From positions 2,033 through 66,032 of the forward strand of contig JAZQXC010000003.1 of the NCBI GenBank assembly GCA_045632645.1: a DNA stretch of 64,000 bases, given 5' to 3'. Shown here in pieces: positions 27,186 through 37,148 of the stretch. Position 1 is the stretch's first letter, and each line of letters opens with the position of its first letter. The translations under genes were made by a program, and so were the position numbers. The stretch is from Alphaproteobacteria bacterium. Its GTDB lineage: Bacteria > Pseudomonadota > Alphaproteobacteria > RF32 > CAG-239. A model generated the notes under the pieces. It did not search any database, had not been told where the DNA came from, and saw only the letters and a program-made list of their open reading frames with translations.

Positions 27186-29252
27186 TTATCCTTTCATGTT
27201 AATTAATTGTGTAATTTGTGTAAAAATAGGTGTTTGTGTGTATTGATTTTCGATACCAAAAGCGTAGATATATGGTATTTTGGTAGCAAAATCACGTTCG
27301 TTGTTATTTACATCAGAAGTTTTTTGTAAATAATTTTTGTAGTTCTCTGTTTCTTTTATTTTGCCTCGCATTAAGCCAGAGCGTAGCGAAAACATTTTGT
27401 TATAATAAAAGATTATGTATAATGTTGTAATAATGATTACAGCATATATTTTTGAAGTGTATATCGCAGTTAGTGAGGCGATAAAGAGAGTGTAAACTAA
27501 GGCTAATAGTTTAATGATTAAGTTTATGTATTTGTTTTTAAATGTTTTTGTTAAAATATAGGTTGATGGGGTGAAAAATAGCATTGAGAAAAATGCTACC
27601 ATAAATGTATGGGGTGGATTTATTGATAAAAACGATGAACCCAATATACCCAAGGTTAATATGCTAAAATTAAACGCAAGATAGAATTTGTTTAATTTTA
27701 GTTTGAACCAGAACAATTCTAAATATGTTTGTTTTTTTAGATAGTTATATGCTCTTTTTAGCTTTAATGATGATTCTGTGGTTGATTTTAGAATTGTCTC
27801 TGTTGTTGGGAATAGATGTGATGTTATTGTTTTTTCTTTTTTAGTTAAATTTGTTAAATTATCAGTTTTTTTAACTAACAAGATGGTGTCTTTTTCATCT
27901 ATTATATCAACAATTTTTTTAGCATATAAATTTAGTATTTCAGCTCCAAGAGAGCGAATATCAAATTTATTTTGGTTTAATAATCGCCATATTGCAGGGG
28001 ATTTTTTTATTGAGGCAGTAGATTTGTCTTGGTTTCTATATATTTGTTTTAAGGATATATTGTATGCGAGTAATATGGCAAGAAGTGCTAGGAACGCAAA
28101 AAATTCTTTACCATAGTCTTGTATAAACCATAGATATTTTTGAGATGTTGTTGGAGGTAATAATGTGTCTTTGGAAAGAGTTATTAAGATGTGTATGTCT
28201 TCACCAACATCTAAGGCCTCAGTATCTGCAAAGCCTAAGACATTTTTGTCTATTGATGTAATTGTTACACGTTCTGCATTAAAGCCATTTTTAGTTGAGG
28301 CCATAGCGTTTTGGGCAAGAAATGTTTTGCCAGTTGGGAGTATTATGAGAGCATTAGCTGAACCAACTACTTTTTTTAGAGTTTGTGCTGTTATGTCCCA
28401 ATAAAATTCATCATAACTTTGGTAATTCCAAATACTTCTGTCGATTATATAGTTGAATTTGTATGTATATACACCTGTTGGAAGATTTATAGGTTCTTTA
28501 GGCTCTATATATAGATAGTTGCCTATTTCGGTTACTTTATAATCATATTCTTGGTCATTTATTGTAACTTTATCTAATGTGAAATCTAATCTTCGGCGAT
28601 TGTTGTTTTTAGAATATGTGTATTTGGGGAGAATTCTGAAAAAACCTTCTGGAAACCCTTCATTATTTGAAACATATACAAATTCTTCTGTTACTTTTAC
28701 TAATCCGATTGTTTCTAAATTAATTGTGGTTAGTAAATATGCGATATGCTCTGCTTGAGGAGCAAGGATTTCTTTTTCTTCAGATAATTTTATGGTTATG
28801 TATGGAAAATCAGGAACAAATTTTTGGGGTGTTGATTGTTTTTCACGATAAAATGTTCCATCAATTTGAAGATTTTCATTTATGGTGTTGGTAGATGATG
28901 CTTTTCTTAAACTTTCATTATATATCTTATCATAAGCAGATATTGTTTCTTGTTCTTGTTTTCTTAAATCTTCTAAATTGACGATGCTTGTTGAGTTTGG
29001 AGAGTAAACTTCTTCTTCTTTAAAATAAACCGGTGTTATTTTATTTATACGTTTTTTTATGTATTTTTCTATTTCCTTTTTATTGTTAGGATTGGGAAGC
29101 TCTTTTAATAGTTTTTGCAGCTCTTTGCGGTGTGATTTGTGGTTGATATTTGATTTGGGAGGCAATTCAGAAATGCTTCTTACACCAGATATAGCGTTAT
29201 TTGGTTGGCTAAATATAAATAATGCAACGAGATAAACAAAAAACTTCTTCAT
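27186..29252 (-). CDS. large membrane protein (DUF2207-like: signal peptide, ~380-aa extracytoplasmic domain, C-terminal TM bundle)
   Basis: 688-aa ORF. Topology inferred from hydrophobicity. Confidence 0.45.
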   Translation of the reverse strand: MKKFFVYLVALFIFSQPNNAISGVRSISELPPKSNINHKSHRKELQKLLKELPNPNNKKEIEKYIKKRINKITPVYFKEEEVYSPNSTSIVNLEDLRKQEQETISAYDKIYNESLRKASSTNTINENLQIDGTFYREKQSTPQKFVPDFPYITIKLSEEKEILAPQAEHIAYLLTTINLETIGLVKVTEEFVYVSNNEGFPEGFFRILPKYTYSKNNNRRRLDFTLDKVTINDQEYDYKVTEIGNYLYIEPKEPINLPTGVYTYKFNYIIDRSIWNYQSYDEFYWDITAQTLKKVVGSANALIILPTGKTFLAQNAMASTKNGFNAERVTITSIDKNVLGFADTEALDVGEDIHILITLSKDTLLPPTTSQKYLWFIQDYGKEFFAFLALLAILLAYNISLKQIYRNQDKSTASIKKSPAIWRLLNQNKFDIRSLGAEILNLYAKKIVDIIDEKDTILLVKKTDNLTNLTKKEKTITSHLFPTTETILKSTTESSLKLKRAYNYLKKQTYLELFWFKLKLNKFYLAFNFSILTLGILGSSFLSINPPHTFMVAFFSMLFFTPSTYILTKTFKNKYINLIIKLLALVYTLFIASLTAIYTSKIYAVIIITTLYIIFYYNKMFSLRSGLMRGKIKETENYKNYLQKTSDVNNNERDFATKIPYIYAFGIENQYTQTPIFTQITQLINMKG

Positions 29253-29353
29253 ATCTTTTCCTTTAGTGTTGCGAGTTTCTCTTAAATGCTATATGAACAT
29301 ATATTATAGTTTAATATTAAACACAAGTTTTTAATTTTTGATAGAGGATAACT

Positions 29354-30088
29354 ATGATTGAGAAAAATATTGCTGCAATTATATTAGGTGCGGGTAAAGG
29401 TACACGTATGAAGTCTGATTTGCCAAAGGTGATGATGGAAGTGTGTGGAAAGCCTATGATTAAACATATTTTATCAACTTTAGAAAGTATGGGAACAAAG
29501 GAAATTGTTACCATTATCTCTAAAGAGGGTGAGCTTGTTAAAGAGACTGTTTTTCCATATAAAACAGCAATACAGGAAGAACAACTTGGAACAGGTCATG
29601 CAGTTAGATGCGCAAAAGAGGCGTTAGGTAAATTTGATGGTCCTGTTTTGGTTATTTTTGGTGATACTCCTCTTATTAGTCAAAAGACTTTTCTTAAGAC
29701 GGTTGATATGATTAATGATGGATATGCTGTGGTTGTTTTAGGGTTTAGACCTGAGGATCCTGCTAGATATGGACGCTTGAAAATGGAAGGAAGCGAACTT
29801 AAGTCTATTGTTGAATTTAAAGATGCTAGCGATGAAGAAAAGAAAATAGACTTTTGTAATTCTGGCTGTATGGGTTTTGATGGCAAATACTTATTTGAGA
29901 TTTTAGATAGAATCGGAAATAATAATGCATCTAAAGAGTTTTATTTAACTGATGCAGTTGAAGTAGCTCGTAATATGGGGCTTAAATGTACAGCAATTGA
30001 AGGTGATGCAAAAGAGGTTGCTAGTGCAAATACTAGAGAAGAATTAGCAATGCTTGAAGAATATTATAGGGAAATGAAAAATTGTTAA
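29354..30088 (+). CDS. stand-alone sugar-1-phosphate nucleotidyltransferase resembling the GlmU N-terminal domain (no acetyltransferase LbH domain)
   Basis: AAIILGAGKGTRMKSDLPKV ... LGTGHAV. Only 244 aa. The next ORF overlaps the stop. Confidence 0.65.
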   Translation: MIEKNIAAIILGAGKGTRMKSDLPKVMMEVCGKPMIKHILSTLESMGTKEIVTIISKEGELVKETVFPYKTAIQEEQLGTGHAVRCAKEALGKFDGPVLVIFGDTPLISQKTFLKTVDMINDGYAVVVLGFRPEDPARYGRLKMEGSELKSIVEFKDASDEEKKIDFCNSGCMGFDGKYLFEILDRIGNNNASKEFYLTDAVEVARNMGLKCTAIEGDAKEVASANTREELAMLEEYYREMKNC

Positions 30089-30513
30089 GAAAATTAAGAC
30101 AGCATTGGTTTGGTTTGTTATTAACTATATCTATGCTATTATTTTTTGCTTTGGTTGTTGTGGTGATGCTTGCTCCTCATAACGATGATAAACAAAGAGG
30201 TTTTGCTCCTTGTACGTATGAAATGTCTGAAAAACTTAATTTTTATAGCGTAAATCGTCAGATTTTTAATGTGTTTGGGGCGATAATGTCTAGTTATGCT
30301 TGTTATCTTAATGTTGTTGGGGAAGGCTTTAAACTTTGGTATGATGGAAAGCAAAAAACACCTTGGGATAATTACTTTTTTGAGCCTGTTACAATGGATA
30401 TTCCTAAAGAGCTTAGTGAGCCTTTTAGCAAAGAGCTAATGGAGGCTAATATGCTTAATGAAGAAGATGGAGATATATTTAATTTTAAGGAGAATATAGA
30501 TGAGCAAAAGTAA
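30082..30513 (+). CDS. hypothetical protein with N-terminal TM anchor
   Basis: 143 aa, LLLTISMLLFFALVVVVML. Confidence 0.4.
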   Translation: MLRKLRQHWFGLLLTISMLLFFALVVVVMLAPHNDDKQRGFAPCTYEMSEKLNFYSVNRQIFNVFGAIMSSYACYLNVVGEGFKLWYDGKQKTPWDNYFFEPVTMDIPKELSEPFSKELMEANMLNEEDGDIFNFKENIDEQK

Positions 30514-32266
30514 ATTTCCGGTTTGGGATTTGAGCGAATATTATAATGGTATTGATGATCCTAAAATTGAGAAGGACTTAGAAGCGTATGCTAAACTTGC
30601 TTTAGATTTTAATAAAAAATATAAAGGAAGGGTTAGTAAGCTTGATAAAGATGAATTTATAAAAGCATTTAAGGTTTTGGAAAAGTTGCGTAATATTGCA
30701 TCAAAACTTGGAGGTTATGCTCATCTTAATTCTACAACTGATATGCTTAATGATAAGGCGACTGCTTTATATCAAAAAGTTGAAGAGCGTATTAGTGAGG
30801 CAGCAACAAATCTTGTTTTTTGGAGTATTGAATACAATAAACTTAGTTGTAAGAAGCAAGATGAATTAATTAAGGCTTTGCCTTTATATGCTCCTTATTT
30901 AAAAAGGGTTAAAAAATATAAAAAATATGAATTATCTGAAGAAGTTGAGCAAGTGTTATTGCAAAAAGATATTACTTCTGGTTCGGCTTGGGTTAGATTT
31001 TATGAAGAAAGTATGGCAAGACTTGAGTATGAAGTTGATGGCAAGAAGTATAATGATGCTGAAATTTCTAAACTTTGCACTTCTAAAGATGAAAAAACGA
31101 GGCTTAAAGCTGGTAAAGAGGTAAATAGAGTTGTTAAAGAAAATGCTTATATGATTTCGTATTGTTATAATATGATTATGAAAGATAAGGCGATTGATGA
31201 TGAGAAGAGGGGATTTAAGCTCCCAATGTCATCTAGAAATTTGGCTGAAGAAGTTGGCGATGAAACAGTTGAGTGTTTGGCTAATACGGTTAAGGAAAAT
31301 TATAAAAATATAGCATGGAGATTTTATAAACTTAAAGCCAAACTTTTGGGTAAGAAAAAGTTGCACTATTGGGATAGAAATGCACCATTACCTATTGAAA
31401 ATGATAGAGAATATAGTTGGAAAGAAAGTGTTAAAATTGTTTTAGATGCGTATAAAGAGTTTTCGCCTAAACTTTATAATGTGGCTAAAGAGTTTTTTGA
31501 AAATGACTGGGTTGATGTGGCTCCTAAAAAAGGAAAAAGAAGTGGGGCTTTTTGTTCTTCTCCTTTAGTTGAGGGACATCCGTTTTTGATGCTTAATTTT
31601 GTGGGACAAAGACGTGATGTTTTGACGCTTGCTCATGAATTAGGGCATGGTTGTCATCATCAATTAAGAAGAAAAAATGGTGTTTTGAATGAGCGCTCTC
31701 GTATGACAACAGAAGAGGTGGCTAGTGTGTTTGGCGAGATGCTTGTTTTTCAATCTATGCTTAATAAAGCAAAGTCTAAAGATGAGAAAATATCTTTGCT
31801 TGTTATGAAGATAAATGATATGATTAACACTGCTGTTCGTCAGATTGCTTTCCACTTTTTTGAGAAAAGAGCGCATGATGAAAGAAAGTTAGGCGAAGTT
31901 TCTCATGAAAGATTGTCTGAAATTTGGGTTGAAGAGATGAAAGAAAGCTTAGGGCCTGATGTTAAGATTGACGATAGCGTTGATTATCTTTGGGGATCTA
32001 TTGGACATTTCTTCTTCTTGCCATTTTATGTATATGCATATTCATTTGCTGATTGCGTTGTTAATTCTTTGTATTGGTTAAAGATGCAAAACAAAGTTGA
32101 TAATTTTGAAAATAAATATTTGGAATTATTGTCTAAGACAGCAATTGGTGACTATGAAGAAATATTCAAACCATTTGGTATTAATCCAAAAGATAAGGAA
32201 TTTTGGCAGAATGGTTTGAACTTGATTGCTTATTATATTGATGAATTAGAAAAATTAATGAAATAA
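30500..32266 (+). CDS. pepF: M3-family oligoendopeptidase (PepF-like)
   Basis: HELGHGCHH zinc motif. 588 aa. Confidence 0.8.
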   Translation: MSKSKFPVWDLSEYYNGIDDPKIEKDLEAYAKLALDFNKKYKGRVSKLDKDEFIKAFKVLEKLRNIASKLGGYAHLNSTTDMLNDKATALYQKVEERISEAATNLVFWSIEYNKLSCKKQDELIKALPLYAPYLKRVKKYKKYELSEEVEQVLLQKDITSGSAWVRFYEESMARLEYEVDGKKYNDAEISKLCTSKDEKTRLKAGKEVNRVVKENAYMISYCYNMIMKDKAIDDEKRGFKLPMSSRNLAEEVGDETVECLANTVKENYKNIAWRFYKLKAKLLGKKKLHYWDRNAPLPIENDREYSWKESVKIVLDAYKEFSPKLYNVAKEFFENDWVDVAPKKGKRSGAFCSSPLVEGHPFLMLNFVGQRRDVLTLAHELGHGCHHQLRRKNGVLNERSRMTTEEVASVFGEMLVFQSMLNKAKSKDEKISLLVMKINDMINTAVRQIAFHFFEKRAHDERKLGEVSHERLSEIWVEEMKESLGPDVKIDDSVDYLWGSIGHFFFLPFYVYAYSFADCVVNSLYWLKMQNKVDNFENKYLELLSKTAIGDYEEIFKPFGINPKDKEFWQNGLNLIAYYIDELEKLMK

Positions 32267-32285
32267 GCTAAAAAAGGACGATAAA

Positions 32286-32313
32286 CAGCTCGCTTGGCGG
32301 GCTGTTTTTTTTG
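32286..32313 (+). terminator. rho-independent terminator
   Basis: CAGCTCG/CGGGCTG stem plus T9. Confidence 0.6.
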
Positions 32314-32418
32314 TTTATAATCTAATTATTGTATATGGCATTAAAGCGTTTTTAAGAAATTGTGAGTTATTTTATCAAAAATATTGTATGCTTTTTATGA
32401 TATGTTTAATTTTAGGAT

Positions 32419-33576
32419 ATGATGAAGAACTTTTTTAATATAATATTGAGTGTTGTTTTTGCCCTTGTTTTATTTGTAGAACAAGCGTTTGCTGTTAATG
32501 TGATAAAAGATGTTAGAATGGGGCAACAGCTTGATGGTATCCGTTTGGTGATTGATGGGACGGAGAAGTTTAATTATGATGCCTTTTTGCTTGATAATCC
32601 TAATAGATTAGTTATTGATGTTAAAAATGCTAAGATGGATAATAAGCCTAAAATTGCAAAGAATAAGCTTGTGGAAGAAGTGCGTTTAGGTAATTTGGAT
32701 AATAATGGTAAGAGAATCGTTTTTGTATTAAAAGGTAACGTTAATATAAAAAAGAAATTTTTGCTTGAGCCTAGTTCATCTCAGAAAAACTGGAGATTAG
32801 TGTTAGACCTTGCTACAAGTGGTGTTGCAAATAGTGTAAAGAGCAATACTGTTAACTCAAGTAATAATAATGTTAGTGTTGTTAAGCGCAAGAAGATTGT
32901 TGTTCTTGATGCAGGACATGGTGGTAAAGATCCTGGTGCGATTGGTAGGTCATTTAAGACTTATGAGAAGAATATTACTTTATCTATGGTTAAAGAAATT
33001 AAGAGTGTGCTAGAGAAAAAAGGATATAAGGTATATTTGACACGATCAACGGATATTTTTATCCCATTAAGAAAACGTGTTGCTATTGCTAGAAGTCATC
33101 ATGCTGATTTGTTTATTAGCGTTCATGCTGATAGTACGGTTAATAGAAAGGCTCAAGGATTTTCTATTTATACATTGTCTGAAACTGCATCAGACAAGGA
33201 GGCTGAAGCTCTAGCTATTAGAGAAAATAAGGCAGATATTATTGATGGTATGGACTTCTCTGATAATTCGCCTGAAATTAATGATGTGCTTATTTCGTTG
33301 TCTCAGAATGATAGTCGTAATAAATCTTCTAAGTTTGCGACATATGTGGTTAATGAAGTGCGCCGTAATGTGAAAATGGTGAGTAATGCGCATAAATTTG
33401 CTGGTTTTGCTGTGCTTAAAGCACCAGATGTTCCATCTGTTTTGCTTGAACTTGGTTATCTTTCTAACTATTCTGAAGAAAAGCAGTTAAGACAGCCTAA
33501 ATATCGTAAAAAACTTGCAGATTATATTGCTAAAGCAATTGATAGATATTTTAAAGACCCAGAGATTGTAATATAA
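32419..33576 (+). CDS. N-acetylmuramoyl-L-alanine amidase with N-terminal AMIN domain
   Basis: VVLDAGHGGKDPGAIG ... ISVHADS amidase_3 motifs. Signal peptide. Confidence 0.85.
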   Translation: MMKNFFNIILSVVFALVLFVEQAFAVNVIKDVRMGQQLDGIRLVIDGTEKFNYDAFLLDNPNRLVIDVKNAKMDNKPKIAKNKLVEEVRLGNLDNNGKRIVFVLKGNVNIKKKFLLEPSSSQKNWRLVLDLATSGVANSVKSNTVNSSNNNVSVVKRKKIVVLDAGHGGKDPGAIGRSFKTYEKNITLSMVKEIKSVLEKKGYKVYLTRSTDIFIPLRKRVAIARSHHADLFISVHADSTVNRKAQGFSIYTLSETASDKEAEALAIRENKADIIDGMDFSDNSPEINDVLISLSQNDSRNKSSKFATYVVNEVRRNVKMVSNAHKFAGFAVLKAPDVPSVLLELGYLSNYSEEKQLRQPKYRKKLADYIAKAIDRYFKDPEIVI

Positions 33577-33584
33577 TTTAAGTA

Positions 33585-33618
33585 TAAAAAAACTCAGAGT
33601 AAATCTCTGAGTTTTTTA
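33585..33618. terminator. bidirectional terminator (AACTCAGAG/CTCTGAGTT) between the amidase and lolA
   Basis: A-run, 9-bp perfect stem, T-run. Confidence 0.65.
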
Positions 33619-33629
33619 GTTAAGTTATA

Positions 33630-34262
33630 CTATTTACGACGTGAAGCCTTGGGTTTTGTTGTGTCATTTTTGCGAAATTCAAATAAACTTTTATCTAGTT
33701 TTGCGTCTGTTGTTGTATCATACAACGTAAGTGATACTTCCATTGATTGTGGGGTGATAACCTTCCATTGTTTAAGCTCAAATGGTGAGTTTGAAAAAAC
33801 AAGTGTGAAAGGACCTAGGTCATCTTTTGTGTATTCTAAACCAACCTTTGTTACCCCTGGGTCTTGGTAGAAATCTATTACTTCTAGGTCTTTGCCATCA
33901 ATTTTTACAGTATTAGCTAGTATCAACGCGGCAGGAATATCGTCATAATCAATATTGGTTATTTGATCAAGCTCTTTGTCGTAATATACGATATAATCGC
34001 CATTGCCAACTATTAAGATATCTGATGGAGAATTATATTCCATGCGGATTTTATTTGGCTTTTCTATATATAATTGACCTTCAACCTTGTCTCCATTGCT
34101 AGCTATTTGAACAAAGTTAGCGCGCATAGTTTTGATTGAATTTAGATAATTTTCTACTTTTTTGATGTCTTTATCTTCTGTTGAGGCATTTGCACTAGCG
34201 CTATATGTCATTAATGCAAACATTAAAGCAGTTGATAATTTGTTTTTGTTTATATAACTCAT
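33630..34262 (-). CDS. lolA: outer-membrane lipoprotein carrier protein LolA
   Basis: Signal peptide. MRANFVQ ... LolA fold length (210 aa). Confidence 0.75.
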   Translation of the reverse strand: MSYINKNKLSTALMFALMTYSASANASTEDKDIKKVENYLNSIKTMRANFVQIASNGDKVEGQLYIEKPNKIRMEYNSPSDILIVGNGDYIVYYDKELDQITNIDYDDIPAALILANTVKIDGKDLEVIDFYQDPGVTKVGLEYTKDDLGPFTLVFSNSPFELKQWKVITPQSMEVSLTLYDTTTDAKLDKSLFEFRKNDTTKPKASRRK

Positions 34263-34322
34263 TTGAACCTCTTTTTATGCTTTTATATAGCAATTTATTG
34301 AGAATTATCAAGTTGATGAATT

Positions 34323-35087
34323 TTATTTAACTTCAACAGGTGTTTTATCACATGGAGTTTGCCCTGTTTTTGCAAAATCCTCATGTGCTGTTTCGTCAAA
34401 CTCCACCTTATTTTGGTCTTTATCTAGGCAGTATGCTGAAGTTGGTTTGTTGTCAACATAGTTGATTTCTGCTTTTATTGAGCCATCTTTGTTATATATT
34501 GTCCATAAACCATTGTAGCCTTTTTCATCAAAATGAGCGATTGTATTAATTGAACCGTTTTCATTATAATTTTTGAGCTCGCCTTTATCAAAATTGATTT
34601 CTACTTGCAAAGTTCCATTGTCATAAAATACTTTACCTACACCAACTGGAGAACCCATGTTATAGTTCCACTCTTTTAGTATTTTATTATTTTTGTTGTA
34701 TATGATGGATTTGCCATGTTGGATGCCATTTTGAAATTCATCATATGAAAAGATAGAGCCATCTGCATTATATTCTTTTACCATACCATGTGGCTTACCT
34801 TCTTTATAAGTGCCTTCTAAAAAGATTGAACCATCATTTTGGTAGATTTTTAATAAACCATCTTCTTTACCATTTTTATATTCTATGTCAGATATGAGAA
34901 TGTTGTTATCATAACTTGTGATACGTCCTGTGATTGGATTACCCTTTAGGTCATAACATATACCTGCATCAAAGTCACAATTAACATCTTTTTCTAGATA
35001 TACTTTTTCTTTTGTAAGGGCATATGTGCCATAAATTGCACCAGCTAAAACAACAATCCCAACACTTGATAGTAGAACTTTTTTCAT
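34323..35087 (-). CDS. MORN-repeat (YwqK-family) protein with N-terminal membrane anchor
   Basis: ≥7 tandem ~23-aa repeats of the form Y..NG....G....Y..NG (EGTYKEGKPHGMVKEYNADGSIF ...). Confidence 0.65.
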   Translation of the reverse strand: MKKVLLSSVGIVVLAGAIYGTYALTKEKVYLEKDVNCDFDAGICYDLKGNPITGRITSYDNNILISDIEYKNGKEDGLLKIYQNDGSIFLEGTYKEGKPHGMVKEYNADGSIFSYDEFQNGIQHGKSIIYNKNNKILKEWNYNMGSPVGVGKVFYDNGTLQVEINFDKGELKNYNENGSINTIAHFDEKGYNGLWTIYNKDGSIKAEINYVDNKPTSAYCLDKDQNKVEFDETAHEDFAKTGQTPCDKTPVEVK

Positions 35088-35186
35088 GTTTAATCTCCCA
35101 ATATGATAAATAGGCTCTTAGTATATTATTAAGTCAAAATTAAATTGCAAGGGGGAATTTAAAAAAGTGTTAACTATTGTGAATGT

Positions 35187-36227
35187 TTATATTTGTGTTA
35201 AGGGGTGCAAAATTTGGAGAATGGCTTGTTTTTTATCCATATTTAATGATGCAGTTTGATTTAATATTTTTAAGGTTTCTTCATAACATAAATATAACTC
35301 ACGTTTATTTGGGGTTGCAGCCATTGTATCATGAATGAAGCGGCAGATTAGCTCTGAAAATAAATCCCAATTATCTTCTGTTGCGGAGCATGAATTTGCA
35401 AGTTCGACCATTAGCTCGGCATCGTATTTTTCGCCACTATAACATATTTTTTGTATTTTTTCGTATATGGATAGTGCATCGTTATTAGCGTATTTGATGG
35501 CTCTACCGATGCTTCCTTGAGATATTTTGGCAAGTCCTTGTACTTCTTTTTCGTTTAAATCTGGAAGATAACGGCGAATTAGGCTTGCAACCACTTTTTC
35601 ATCTAAAGGTTTAAGGGATAATTTAGCACAACGAGAGCGAATGGTTGGAAGGAGCTTTCCTGGTGTGTGGGATATTAGGAGTAGAATGCTTTTTAGAGGA
35701 GGCTCTTCTAAGATTTTCAATAATGCATTTGCACTTGATGTGTTTAGCTCATCTGCGCTATCTACAATTACAACTCGCCAATTATCATTGAATGATTTTT
35801 TTGAGAGAAAAGTTACCACATCTCTTACATCTTCTACTTTTATGACAGATGAGCGTTTTAGTGATTGTTTTAGCTCTTCATCTATTTCTTCACCAGTATT
35901 GATGGCTTTTATAAGCTTTTTCTTATCTGTTTCAGTGTAGTCTCGTTCTAATACCTTAAAGTCAGGGTGTGATTTTTGTATGATTTGACCATGAATGGGG
36001 TTGTCTTGAGAAATATCTAAACTTGTGTATGTTTTTGTGCTGTCTGCTGTTAATAAGAAACGAGCAATTTTATAGGCAAGAGTTGCTTTTCCGATGCCTT
36101 CATCGCCGGTTATTAACCAACCATGATGAAGCGTTTTAGAATTGTATGCAGATAAGAAAAGCTCTTGGCTTTCATCGTGACCAATAAGGTATGTGTTTTG
36201 ATTAGGATTTAGTACCTCTTTGGCCAT
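35187..36227 (-). CDS. holB: DNA polymerase III subunit delta'
   Basis: HHGWLITGDEGIGKATLAYKIARFLL ... SRC zinc-module region. Confidence 0.85.
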   Translation of the reverse strand: MAKEVLNPNQNTYLIGHDESQELFLSAYNSKTLHHGWLITGDEGIGKATLAYKIARFLLTADSTKTYTSLDISQDNPIHGQIIQKSHPDFKVLERDYTETDKKKLIKAINTGEEIDEELKQSLKRSSVIKVEDVRDVVTFLSKKSFNDNWRVVIVDSADELNTSSANALLKILEEPPLKSILLLISHTPGKLLPTIRSRCAKLSLKPLDEKVVASLIRRYLPDLNEKEVQGLAKISQGSIGRAIKYANNDALSIYEKIQKICYSGEKYDAELMVELANSCSATEDNWDLFSELICRFIHDTMAATPNKRELYLCYEETLKILNQTASLNMDKKQAILQILHPLTQI

Positions 36228-36232
36228 AATGA

Positions 36233-36985
36233 TTATTTCCCTTCCTTTTGTTTTAAAAGGTCAAATAAATATGATTTAAATTCTTCAAATTTACTTATTT
36301 GTTCGTCTATAATAGCTTCGAATGAACAAGTTTCATCACAATGACGACCACTAAATGATGCGTCTGTGCCTTTAACATAGAATGTTTTAGCTTTTTGGTT
36401 AAAGTTTTCTAACATGGTTATATCATTGTTATAGAATGTGGAGATTATGTCTAATCCCATGCCTTCATAGCATGAATTGATTTTTTCAAATGTTTGAGAT
36501 AAAAATGAAGCGTTTTTATAAATATTTCCATTTCTTAAGAAGGATTTTTCTAAGTTTATACTTTGTTCATGGTTGTCATAGCAAGCATTGATTGCTTCTT
36601 TGAATTCTATGAAACGAGGGTCTTTAGTTTTTTTTGTTTCATCTTGTAGAGATGAAAAGGATTTAAACCATTCTTTTTCTTCTGTGCGAGATTTTTGACG
36701 TTCTTTTTTGGTTGGGAAAATATATTGTGGTTTATTTTTTGTAGTATCTTGAACTTTTGATGATTGTGGATCTGCTTCATTTTTTAGATGTTTTAAAATT
36801 CTTTGAAGTTTTTGATGTTTTTCTTGCTTGGAAGATGTGTCTAAGAGGTATTCATCTTCCTGTCTGATGGTTTCTACACCTACATACTCTTCATCAGCAT
36901 ACGAAATATATGATGGTAAGTTTAGTGCTAGTATAAAACTTAAAAATATACTTATTTTCTTTAACATCGTGTTCCCTCTTATCAA
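36233..36985 (-). CDS. hypothetical secreted protein
   Basis: Signal peptide (MLKKISIFLSFILALNLPSYISYA), several Cys, charged. Possible start 18 nt inside. Confidence 0.45.
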   Translation of the reverse strand: MIRGNTMLKKISIFLSFILALNLPSYISYADEEYVGVETIRQEDEYLLDTSSKQEKHQKLQRILKHLKNEADPQSSKVQDTTKNKPQYIFPTKKERQKSRTEEKEWFKSFSSLQDETKKTKDPRFIEFKEAINACYDNHEQSINLEKSFLRNGNIYKNASFLSQTFEKINSCYEGMGLDIISTFYNNDITMLENFNQKAKTFYVKGTDASFSGRHCDETCSFEAIIDEQISKFEEFKSYLFDLLKQKEGK

Positions 36986-37148
36986 ATTGTTAAGAAATCT
37001 TTTTGTATATTAGAAAAGAAGTTTATAATTGTCAAAAAGAAATTTTGATTGATGGTAAAAACTAAATACAATAACTCGTCAAAATGGCTTTACAACTAAT
37101 AATAAAGGACTAAGCTTAGCTTAGTTTGTTCTAAGGTACTTAAAGACT

